The translations under genes were made by a program, and so were the position numbers. The notes under the pieces are model-generated. The model made no database searches, had not been told where the DNA came from, and was given only the letters and a program-made list of their open reading frames with translations. 64,000 nucleotides of DNA, from NCBI GenBank assembly GCA_965205265.1, contig CBDBGH010000003.1, forward strand, positions 4,544,001 through 4,608,000. The letters are read 5' to 3'. Of this stretch, positions 52,676 to 63,923 are shown in pieces (within the stretch, counting starts at the first letter, position 1; every line of letters begins with the position of its first letter). This DNA comes from Alphaproteobacteria bacterium. Its GTDB lineage: Bacteria > Pseudomonadota > Alphaproteobacteria > Bin95.

Positions 52676-54331
52676 ATGTTCGTGCGCATCAAGACCTCCC
52701 CCAACAGCCCGCGACGCTCGGTCCAGATCGTCGAGGCCGTGCGCGACGGCGGCAAGGTCCGACAGCGCATCGTCCGCCATGTCGGCGTGGCCATGGACGA
52801 GGACGAGCTCGAGCGCCTGAGGCAGCTCGGCGAGTACGTCAAGGCGAAGCTGGAGGACGAGCGTCAGCCGGCATTGTTTGCGCCCGAGAAGATCGCTGAG
52901 CAGGCGATCCGTGTCGGCCGCCGGGGGGACGGCAAGGAGGAACTCCCGGTCGACCTCAAGCAGCTTGAAGAGGAGCAGCGCCTGATCACAGGCATCCACG
53001 AGGTCTATGGCGAGATCTACCGGCTGCTGGGCCTCGACGCGCTGCTGCCGCGCTCGCGCTACCGGGCCTCCCATGACGCGCTGTTCCATGTGGTGATGGC
53101 GCGGGTAGCCAACCCCGACAGCAAGCGGGGCAGCGTGCGCCGGCTCGAGGAGGACTTCGGCGTGAGTCTTCCGCTCGAGAAGGTCTACCGGATGATGGAT
53201 CAGCTCGACGCGACGGTGATCGAGCGACTGCGCACGCGCGTCGGCGAGGCGAGCCGGTCGCTGCTGCCGGAGCCGGTCGCGATCCTCTTCTTCGATTGCA
53301 CCACGCTCTACTTCGAGACGGCCGCCGAGGACGAGCTTCGCCAGCACGGCTTCAGCAAGGACGGCAAACACAAGGACTCGCAGGTTCTGCTGGCGCTGAT
53401 GGTGACGCGCGAAGGGCTGCCGATCAGCTACGAGGTCTTCCCCGGCGCCACCTACGAGGGACACAGCATGGTCCCGGTCCTGCAGGACATGCAGCGCCGC
53501 CACCAGGTGGAGCGCACGGTATGCGTGGCCGACCGGGGCATGCTGAGCGCCGACAACCTCGACGCCATGGACGCCATCGGCGGCGAGTATGTCGTCGGCG
53601 CGCGGCTGCGCAAGCTGCCGCTCGCGCTGCTGGGGCAGGTTCTCGACCCCGGGACCTATGCCCCGCTGGAGGGCTCACAGGACCGCCGGGTCGGCGAGTG
53701 GGAGTACAAGGGCCGTCGCCTGATCGTCGTCTTCTGCCCCCAGCGCGCACGCAAGGACGCGCACGAGCGCCGCCATCAGGTGGAACGCCTGCTCGACAGG
53801 CTGGCCCGCAGCGACAATCCCAGGGAACTGCTCTCCAATCACGGGGCGAAGCGCTTCATCGCCGTCGAGGGCGACGCACGGCTCACGGTGAACCCGGAGA
53901 AGATCGCCGAGGCCGCACGATGGGACGGGCTCACCGGCGTCATCACCAATCTGCGCGACGCGCGCGTCACCGAAGTGATGGCTCACTACCAGGGGCTCTG
54001 GCAGGTCGAGGAGAGCTTCCGGATCACCAAACACGACCTGAAGATACGTCCCATCTGGCACTGGAACCCGGACCGGATCCGCGCTCACATCGCCATCGCC
54101 TTCCTGGCCTTCGCCTGCGTTCGACACCTTGCGTACCGCGTCGCCATCCAGAAGCGGCGGATGTCCCCGGAGGTCATCCGCTCCGCCCTCGTCCACCGCC
54201 AGTGCTCCCTGCTGCGCTGTCGGCAATCGGGCAACCGCTACGTCATCCCCTCGAAGCCGACACCGGCGGCGGAGCAGATTTACGCAACCATGGGGCTGCC
54301 CCTGACGATCACCCCGTATCAACTCGCCTGA
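52676..54331 (+). CDS. IS1634 family DDE transposase (copy 1)
   Basis: FFDCTTLYFE, GFSKDGK, VADRGM, WQVEESFRITK, IRAHIAIAF. Confidence 0.93.
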   Translation: MFVRIKTSPNSPRRSVQIVEAVRDGGKVRQRIVRHVGVAMDEDELERLRQLGEYVKAKLEDERQPALFAPEKIAEQAIRVGRRGDGKEELPVDLKQLEEEQRLITGIHEVYGEIYRLLGLDALLPRSRYRASHDALFHVVMARVANPDSKRGSVRRLEEDFGVSLPLEKVYRMMDQLDATVIERLRTRVGEASRSLLPEPVAILFFDCTTLYFETAAEDELRQHGFSKDGKHKDSQVLLALMVTREGLPISYEVFPGATYEGHSMVPVLQDMQRRHQVERTVCVADRGMLSADNLDAMDAIGGEYVVGARLRKLPLALLGQVLDPGTYAPLEGSQDRRVGEWEYKGRRLIVVFCPQRARKDAHERRHQVERLLDRLARSDNPRELLSNHGAKRFIAVEGDARLTVNPEKIAEAARWDGLTGVITNLRDARVTEVMAHYQGLWQVEESFRITKHDLKIRPIWHWNPDRIRAHIAIAFLAFACVRHLAYRVAIQKRRMSPEVIRSALVHRQCSLLRCRQSGNRYVIPSKPTPAAEQIYATMGLPLTITPYQLA

Positions 54332-54397
54332 CCGTCGACGAAGCACGGCTCGAAGAAATGCCGGATGTAGTGCCTAGCCGAAATGAGAACCAGGCAA

Positions 54398-54410
54398 TAT
54401 CAACTACTTA
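54398..54410 (+). promoter_or_regulatory. IHF consensus site near IS right end
   Basis: TATCAACTACTTA matches WATCAANNNNTTR; also at 56195-56207. Confidence 0.55.
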
Positions 54411-54434
54411 TGCGAATCAACCGTCGAAGTCAGG

Positions 54435-54525
54435 AGACTGTCAATGCCTCCGCCACGCGCTACACTCCCCCCATGTTCGTGCGCATCAAGACCTCCCCCA
54501 ACAGCCCGCGACGCTCGGTCCAGAT
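54435..54525 (+). repeat. 91-bp target duplication, right copy
   Basis: Matches 52428-52518. Confidence 0.93.
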
Positions 54526-56128
54526 CGTCGAGGCCGTGCGCGACGGCGGCAAGGTCCGACAGCGCATCGTCCGCCATGTCGGCGTGGCCATGGACGAGGA
54601 CGAGCTCGAGCGCCTGAGGCAGCTCGGCGAGTACGTCAAGGCGAAGCTGGAGGACGAGCGTCAGCCGGCATTGTTTGCGCCCGAGAAGATCGCTGAGCAG
54701 GCGATCCGTGTCGGCCGCCGGGGGGACGGCAAGGAGGAACTCCCGGTCGACCTCAAGCAGCTTGAAGAGGAGCAGCGCCTGATCACAGGCATCCACGAGG
54801 TCTATGGCGAGATCTACCGGCTGCTGGGCCTCGACGCGCTGCTGCCGCGCTCGCGCTACCGGGCCTCCCATGACGCGCTGTTCCATGTGGTGATGGCGCG
54901 GGTAGCCAACCCCGACAGCAAGCGGGGCAGCGTGCGCCGGCTCGAGGAGGACTTCGGCGTGAGTCTTCCGCTCGAGAAGGTCTACCGGATGATGGATCAG
55001 CTCGACGCGACGGTGATCGAGCGACTGCGCACGCGCGTCGGCGAGGCGAGCCGGTCGCTGCTGCCGGAGCCGGTCGCGATCCTCTTCTTCGATTGCACCA
55101 CGCTCTACTTCGAGACGGCCGCCGAGGACGAGCTTCGCCAGCACGGCTTCAGCAAGGACGGCAAACACAAGGACTCGCAGGTTCTGCTGGCGCTGATGGT
55201 GACGCGCGAAGGGCTGCCGATCAGCTACGAGGTCTTCCCCGGCGCCACCTACGAGGGACACAGCATGGTCCCGGTCCTGCAGGACATGCAGCGCCGCCAC
55301 CAGGTGGAGCGCACGGTATGCGTGGCCGACCGGGGCATGCTGAGCGCCGACAACCTCGACGCCATGGACGCCATCGGCGGCGAGTATGTCGTCGGCGCGC
55401 GGCTGCGCAAGCTGCCGCTCGCGCTGCTGGGGCAGGTTCTCGACCCCGGGACCTATGCCCCGCTGGAGGGCTCACAGGACCGCCGGGTCGGCGAGTGGGA
55501 GTACAAGGGCCGTCGCCTGATCGTCGTCTTCTGCCCCCAGCGCGCACGCAAGGACGCGCACGAGCGCCGCCATCAGGTGGAACGCCTGCTCGACAGGCTG
55601 GCCCGCAGCGACAATCCCAGGGAACTGCTCTCCAATCACGGGGCGAAGCGCTTCATCGCCGTCGAGGGCGACGCACGGCTCACGGTGAACCCGGAGAAGA
55701 TCGCCGAGGCCGCACGATGGGACGGGCTCACCGGCGTCATCACCAATCTGCGCGACGCGCGCGTCACCGAAGTGATGGCTCACTACCAGGGGCTCTGGCA
55801 GGTCGAGGAGAGCTTCCGGATCACCAAACACGACCTGAAGATACGTCCCATCTGGCACTGGAACCCGGACCGGATCCGCGCTCACATCGCCATCGCCTTC
55901 CTGGCCTTCGCCTGCGTTCGACACCTTGCGTACCGCGTCGCCATCCAGAAGCGGCGGATGTCCCCGGAGGTCATCCGCTCCGCCCTCGTCCACCGCCAGT
56001 GCTCCCTGCTGCGCTGTCGGCAATCGGGCAACCGCTACGTCATCCCCTCGAAGCCGACACCGGCGGCGGAGCAGATTTACGCAACCATGGGGCTGCCCCT
56101 GACGATCACCCCGTATCAACTCGCCTGA
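54473..56128 (+). CDS. IS1634 family DDE transposase (copy 2, same 551-aa translation)
   Basis: Translation matches copy 1; start codon supplied by the 91-bp duplication. Confidence 0.93.
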   Translation: MFVRIKTSPNSPRRSVQIVEAVRDGGKVRQRIVRHVGVAMDEDELERLRQLGEYVKAKLEDERQPALFAPEKIAEQAIRVGRRGDGKEELPVDLKQLEEEQRLITGIHEVYGEIYRLLGLDALLPRSRYRASHDALFHVVMARVANPDSKRGSVRRLEEDFGVSLPLEKVYRMMDQLDATVIERLRTRVGEASRSLLPEPVAILFFDCTTLYFETAAEDELRQHGFSKDGKHKDSQVLLALMVTREGLPISYEVFPGATYEGHSMVPVLQDMQRRHQVERTVCVADRGMLSADNLDAMDAIGGEYVVGARLRKLPLALLGQVLDPGTYAPLEGSQDRRVGEWEYKGRRLIVVFCPQRARKDAHERRHQVERLLDRLARSDNPRELLSNHGAKRFIAVEGDARLTVNPEKIAEAARWDGLTGVITNLRDARVTEVMAHYQGLWQVEESFRITKHDLKIRPIWHWNPDRIRAHIAIAFLAFACVRHLAYRVAIQKRRMSPEVIRSALVHRQCSLLRCRQSGNRYVIPSKPTPAAEQIYATMGLPLTITPYQLA

Positions 56129-56231
56129 CCGTCGACGAAGCACGGCTCGAAGAAATGCCGGATGTAGTGCCTAGCCGAAATGAGAACCAGGCAATATCAA
56201 CTACTTATGCGAATCAACCGTCGAAGTCAGG

Positions 56232-56446
56232 GCCAGCGCCGAAACCGTCGACCGGATGATGGCGATGCTGCCGGGTATCGGCCCCGGCTCCCGCGTTCTG
56301 GACATCGGCGCCGGCTATGGCGGCTCGGTGCGGCGCGTCGTCGGGCGGACCGGCTGCACGGCGACATGCCTCAACATCTCCGAGACGCAGAACGACACCA
56401 ACCGGGCCAGGAACCGGCAGGCGAAACTCGGCAGCCGGATATCGGT
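56232..56446 (+). repeat. 215-bp target duplication, right copy
   Basis: Matches 52094-52308. Confidence 0.95.
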
Positions 56447-56967
56447 GGTGCACGGCGTCTTCGAGGACATCCCCGACCCGGACGCCAGCTATGACGCGGT
56501 ATGGAGCCAGGACGCCCTCCTGCATTCCGACCAGCGCGACAGGGTGCTGGCCGAAGTCTGGCGCGTGCTGAAGCCGGGCGGCCACTTCGTGTTCACCGAC
56601 CCGATGCAGGCCGACGACGTGCCGGACGGCGTGCTCCAGCCCGTTTACGACCGGCTCCAGCTCAACAGTCTCGGCTCCATGCGCTTCTACCGGGAGGCGG
56701 CGCAGGCGCTGGGCTTCGAGGTGTTGGCGCAGGAGGACATGACCCGTCATCTCCGCACCCACTACGACCGGGTGCGGGAGGAGCTCACGGCCGGTTACGA
56801 CAAGCTGCGGGAAAACGGCGCCTCGGCGGCGTATCTCGACAAGATGACCGTCGGCCTCGAGAACTGGGTGAAGGCCGCGGATGCCGGACACCTGGCCTGG
56901 GGCATCCAGCTTTTCCGCAAGCCGGAGTGAGGCGCCGGCGCGCCCGCCGCACCGGCCCGTTTGCATC

Positions 56968-57867
56968 ATGAACCGGTATATCCATGACAAAGAGACCGGC
57001 TGCTCCGGCATTCGGGTATCGTTCGAGCTGTTCCCGCCGAAGACGCCGGAAGGCCTGCTCAGACTGTACCGCGAGGTCGACCGGCTGGCGGCGCTGGAGC
57101 CGGAGTATTTCTCCGTCACCTACGGCGCCGGCGGTGCGACGCAGGGCCGCACCGGCGGCGTCGTCGACCGGGTGGCCGAGCGCACCGGCCTGCCCGTCGC
57201 CCACCATCTGACCTGTGTCGGGGCGAGCCGGGCCGGGATAGACGCGCTCGCCCGCAAACTCCGGGACTCCGGCATCCGGCGCATTGTCGCATTACGGGGC
57301 GATCCGCCGGGCGGCGGGTCTTACCGCCCGTCCGCGGGCGGTTATCCCTTCGCAGTCGATCTGGTCGAGGGGCTCATGCGCGTCGCCGACTTCGACATCG
57401 CTGTGGCCGCCTATCTGGAGGTTCACCCGGAGGCGGCGAGCCCGGAGGCGGATATCGACAATCTCAAACGCAAGTTCGACGCCGGCGCCCGCTTCGCGAT
57501 CACGCAATATGCCTTCGACACGGACACGGTGCTCCGCTTCATCGACCGCGCCAGGGCGGCCGGGATCGGCGCGCCGATCGTGCCGGGCATCATGCCGGTC
57601 AGCCATTTCGGCGGATTGAAGCGCTTCTCGGCCAGGTGCGGGGCATCGATCCCCGACTGGATGGAACGCATGTTCGAAGGACTGGACGAGCGGCCCCGGG
57701 CGCGCGCATCCGCCGCCGCGGCGGTGGCGATCGAGCAATGCCGGCGCCTCGCCGACGAGGGCCTGACCGACTTCCACATTTACACCCTGAACAAGGCGGA
57801 GGTCAGCATCGCGCTCTGCCGGGCCCTGCGGACCGGCGCCGGGCAGCCCGGCCTAAGCGCGGCCTGA
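56968..57867 (+). CDS. metF: 5,10-methylenetetrahydrofolate reductase
   Basis: SFELFPPKT, SVTYGAGG, HLTC, ALRGD, AITQ, PGIMP, HIYTLN. Confidence 0.93.
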   Translation: MNRYIHDKETGCSGIRVSFELFPPKTPEGLLRLYREVDRLAALEPEYFSVTYGAGGATQGRTGGVVDRVAERTGLPVAHHLTCVGASRAGIDALARKLRDSGIRRIVALRGDPPGGGSYRPSAGGYPFAVDLVEGLMRVADFDIAVAAYLEVHPEAASPEADIDNLKRKFDAGARFAITQYAFDTDTVLRFIDRARAAGIGAPIVPGIMPVSHFGGLKRFSARCGASIPDWMERMFEGLDERPRARASAAAAVAIEQCRRLADEGLTDFHIYTLNKAEVSIALCRALRTGAGQPGLSAA

Positions 57868-58114
57868 AGTGTGGAAATCGATATGGCGACCGGTACCAGG
57901 CCGACATGGCTGCTGGACGTTAACTGCGGCGGAAGCGGAGCGCGGGCTTTGAGTAACACGAAGGCGGCGATAGTTGTTGAAGAGCGTGCCTGTGTCCGCC
58001 GGCGAAGAAGCGCACCGCGCCCGGTCCCGCCAACCGGACCGAACGGCTCCCGGAAGAGCATGGCAAGCCTGTCGACGGCGGCGGCATGGCAGGCGGGACG
58101 GTCGCTGTCCGCTA

Positions 58115-58310
58115 GGCAAAATCGACATTCATCGCATCCGCACGATAGCGGAAGCGATGTGTATAAAGGCGAGGAAGCATATTGCTTTTCGGTCGTATCG
58201 GGTTGCGATGCGCCGGAAGTGTTTGATCTTGTTGAAGTAGCGCTCGATGCGGTTTCGGTGTTTGTAGATTTCGGCGTCATAGCCGATGAGGCGCTTTCGG
58301 GTGCGGGGTT
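58115..58310 (-). pseudogene. IS5-family transposase 3' remnant
   Basis: Minus strand reads YDAEIYKHRNRIERYFNKIKHFRRIATRYDRKAICFLAFIHIASA, stop at 58129-31; CTAG at the end. Confidence 0.8.
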
Positions 58311-58646
58311 CCTTTCGTGGTTAGAGTTTGTAGCTCTCACCACTGTTTCCCCGCACCGCGCTCCGAAATCAGGTCAGCGCCATTTCAAAATGACGCACGA
58401 CCCGCCGCTCGAACGACTACGACAGGCTTCATGGCAAGTTGACGTTCGACAGGCCCGCGGGCCCCGGTGGCGGAGACGGCGCTCGCACGCAAGCCGCCCG
58501 GCAAGGTCGGCAGCCGAGCGCCGCCGGTTCGCAAAGATGATTTCAGTGGCGCAAAATTCCCGGCTAATGCCTGGAAAGAAACCGCTATAATTCAACAGGT
58601 CGCGGGGACGGTTCGCGGCAGGTTCCTACAAAACGAGCACCGGCTA

Positions 58647-58736
58647 TGGCGGTGGGGGTGGGATTCGAACCCACGGTACGCTTGCGCGTACAACGGTTTT
58701 CGAGACCGCCCCGTTCAACCGCTCCGGCACCCCACC
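58647..58736 (-). tRNA. tRNA-Ser (CGA)
   Basis: 90 nt; acceptor GGTGGGG/CCCCACC, anticodon arm GCGGT-CTCGAAA-ACCGT, long variable arm, GGTTCGAATCC, encoded CCA. Confidence 0.97.
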
Positions 58737-58845
58737 GCTGACGGGTCGTCGCGCGGCTTCTTACAGGCCGGCCCGCTTTCCGCCAACCTCTTTCTGCAGG
58801 GAAAGGCGCCGCGGCGCCCTGCCCGCCCGCGAGGCCGCAGGCTTG

Positions 58846-61664
<2,819 letters not shown>

Positions 61665-61668
<4 letters not shown>

Positions 61669-62921
61669 GCGAAGATGCAATCGAGATCGTGGCCCGGCTC
61701 GGCCGGGAGGCGCGGGCCGCAGCCGACAGGCTGGCGGTGACGCCGGGCGAGGTGAAGGACCGGGCGCTCAGGATGGCGGCCCAGGCGGTGCGGGACCGCT
61801 GCCCGCGCCTGCTGGAAGCGAATGCGCGCGACCTGGAGAGCGCGGCCCATCTGCGCGCCTCGCTGCTGGACCGGCTCCGGCTGGACGAGGCGCGGGTCGA
61901 GGCGATTGCAGAGGGGCTGGAGGAAGTCGCCGGCCTTCCCGACCCCGTGGGCTCCGTGGCCGCCTCCTGGACGCGGCCGAACGGCCTGCGCTTCGAACGC
62001 ATCCGCACGCCGCTCGGCGTGGTCGGCATCATCTACGAGTCCCGCCCCAATGTGACGGCCGATGCAGGCGGGCTCTGCCTCAAGTCCGGCAATGCGGCGA
62101 TCCTGCGCGGCGGCTCGGAGAGCTTCCATACCAGCACGGCCATCGTCGAGGCTCTTCACGAGGGACTGGCTGCGGCCGGCCTGCCGAAGGGCTGCATCCA
62201 GATCGTGCCGGTGCGGGACAGGGCGGCCGTCGGCGCCATGCTCTCCATGCGCGGCGCGGTCGATGTGGTGGTGCCGCGCGGCGGCAAGGGGCTGATCCAG
62301 CGCGTGCTGGACGAGGCGCGCGTGCCCGTGATCGGCCATCTGGAAGGGCTCTGCCACGTCTATGTGGACGGCGCGGCGGATCTGGAGAAGGCGCGGCGGG
62401 TGGCGCTCAACGCCAAGATGCGCCGCACGGGCATTTGCGGCGCGGCGGAAACCATCCTGTTCGACCGTGCGGTTGCCGAAAGCCACATGCCGGCGATCCT
62501 CGACGACCTGATCGCGGCCGGCTGCGAGGTGCGCGGCGACACGGAAGTCTGCGCCATGGAGGGCCGGGCCGTGCCTGCGGGCGAGGAGGACTGGAACACG
62601 GAATATCTGGACGCCGTGATCTCGGCCCGGGTGGTGGACGGTGTGGAAGGCGCGGTCAGCCATATCCGGCGTTACGGCTCGCAGCACACCGACACCATCC
62701 TGACCGAGGACGAGGCCGCCGCGGAGCACTTCCTCGCCCATGTGGACAGCGCCATCGTGCTGCACAACGCCTCGACGCAGTTCGCGGACGGAGGCGAGTT
62801 CGGCTTCGGAGCGGAGATCGGCATCTCGACCGACAAGTTCCACGCGCGGGGTCCGGTCGGGGCCGAGCAGCTGACCAGCTACAAATATGTGGTGCGGGGC
62901 GACGGCACGGTGAGGCCCTGA
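61665..62921 (+). CDS. proA: Gamma-glutamyl phosphate reductase
   Basis: [41 protein letters not shown]. Confidence 0.97.
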
Positions 62922-62924
62922 CCG

Positions 62925-63923
62925 GTGCAACCGGCGCGTGTCCGCCTCGCGCCGGCGGCGGGGCGCGTCCGCATTACGCCGGCCGCGGGGCGTATCGGCC
63001 TTCTCGGCGGGTCCTTCAACCCCGCCCATGCCGGCCACCGGCATATCTCCCTCGAAGCGCTGAAGCGCCTGCGCCTCGACCGGGTGTGGTGGCTGGTGTC
63101 GCCGCAGAACCCGCTCAAGGAAGAGGACGGCATGGCGCCGCTGGCCGAGCGCGAGGCGCTTGCCGCCGCCGTCGCCGACCACCCGCGCATCGCCGTGTCC
63201 TCGCTCGAAACCGGTCTTGGCACCCGCTATACGATCGACACCGTTCAGGCATTGAAACAGCGGTACCCGGCGGCTGATTTCGTCTGGCTGATGGGGGCCG
63301 ACAACCTCCGGCAACTACCCCGCTGGCGGGGCTGGCAGCAGCTGTTCCGCGAGGTACCGATTGCCGTTTTCGCGCGCGCGCCCTATCATGCCAACGCGGC
63401 GTCCGGCAAGGCGGCGCTCCGGTTCGCAAGGGCGCGGCTGCGCCCGGAACGGTCCGCGCTTCTGGCCGGCGGCAAGCCCCCTCTGTGGTGCTACCTGCCG
63501 GTCCGCCGCCACCCGGCTTCCGCAACGGCGATAAGGAGTCTCCGTTCGTCGATGCAGACATTCATGGCGCCCGCGCCCGCATCGCCCGGCAGTCCCGACC
63601 TCATGGGGGCCGTGCGTGCGGTGCTGGACGAAATGAAGGCGCTCGACGTGGTGGAAATCGACATGCGCGGCAAGACGGCCGTCTGCGATGACATGGTCGT
63701 CGCCTCCGGCGGCTCGCAGCGCCATGTCCAGGCGATCGCCGACAAGCTGGTCGAGGCGCTGAAGCCGATACTGCCGGCGGTTCCGCCGGTCGAAGGCGCG
63801 GCCCAGGGGGACTGGGTGCTCATCGACGGCGGCGACGTCATCGTCCACCTGTTCCGCCCGGAGGTCCGCGACTTCTACCGGCTTGAGAAGATGTGGGGCT
63901 CGCTGCCGCAGGAGCGCTCCTAG
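62925..63923 (+). CDS. nadD: Nicotinate-nucleotide adenylyltransferase fused in frame to ribosome silencing factor RsfS
   Basis: GGSFNPAHAGH, SPQNPLK, WLMGADN, SATAIR, then with no stop LDEMKALDV...SQRHV...WVLIDGGDVIVHLF...FYRLEKMW. Confidence 0.9.
   Translation: MQPARVRLAPAAGRVRITPAAGRIGLLGGSFNPAHAGHRHISLEALKRLRLDRVWWLVSPQNPLKEEDGMAPLAEREALAAAVADHPRIAVSSLETGLGTRYTIDTVQALKQRYPAADFVWLMGADNLRQLPRWRGWQQLFREVPIAVFARAPYHANAASGKAALRFARARLRPERSALLAGGKPPLWCYLPVRRHPASATAIRSLRSSMQTFMAPAPASPGSPDLMGAVRAVLDEMKALDVVEIDMRGKTAVCDDMVVASGGSQRHVQAIADKLVEALKPILPAVPPVEGAAQGDWVLIDGGDVIVHLFRPEVRDFYRLEKMWGSLPQERS
63552..63923 (+). CDS. rsfS: Ribosome silencing factor domain (possible internal start)
   Basis: Iojap/RsfS motifs; AAGGAG at 63533 precedes in-frame ATG 63552. 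Confidence 0.75.
   Translation: MQTFMAPAPASPGSPDLMGAVRAVLDEMKALDVVEIDMRGKTAVCDDMVVASGGSQRHVQAIADKLVEALKPILPAVPPVEGAAQGDWVLIDGGDVIVHLFRPEVRDFYRLEKMWGSLPQERS

Larger units (their letters stand above)
52519..54434 (+). mobile_element. IS1634-family element, inner complete copy (1916 bp)
   Basis: Same 17-bp IRs at 52519 and ending 54434. Confidence 0.93.
52309..56231 (+). mobile_element. IS1634-family element, outer copy (210 + 1706 = 1916 bp) with nested second copy
   Basis: 17-bp perfect IRs CCTGACTTCGACGGTTG at 52309 and inverted ending 56231. Confidence 0.93.
51098..56930 (+). pseudogene. Fused glycine/sarcosine + sarcosine/dimethylglycine N-methyltransferase, interrupted by IS
   Basis: Joining 51098-52308 to 56447-56930 gives 1695 nt (564 aa) in frame; GSMT motifs FVEKWDELI, VLDVACGTG, ICLGNSFTH; SDMT motifs YYDSDDAD, WGGEDLH, VLDIGAGYGG, WSQDA, FTDPMQ. 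Confidence 0.92.

Noticed and set aside
52309-52728. 210-bp tandem repeat resembling a repeat array or CRISPR
   Set aside because: Fully explained by two successive IS left ends; no spacers or cas genes.
54383-54472. 30-aa N-terminal extension of the second transposase
   Set aside because: Chance open frame through the inner right IR; copy 1 starts at the ATG equivalent to 54473.
52638-56231. 1797-bp tandem repeat read as a simple tandem duplication
   Set aside because: A plain duplication would not also give the second left IR; lengths fit nested insertion with a 91-bp duplication exactly. Misassembly still needs a read check.
57871-58590. 239-aa plus-strand ORF
   Set aside because: Largely the antisense of the IS5 transposase remnant plus intergenic DNA.
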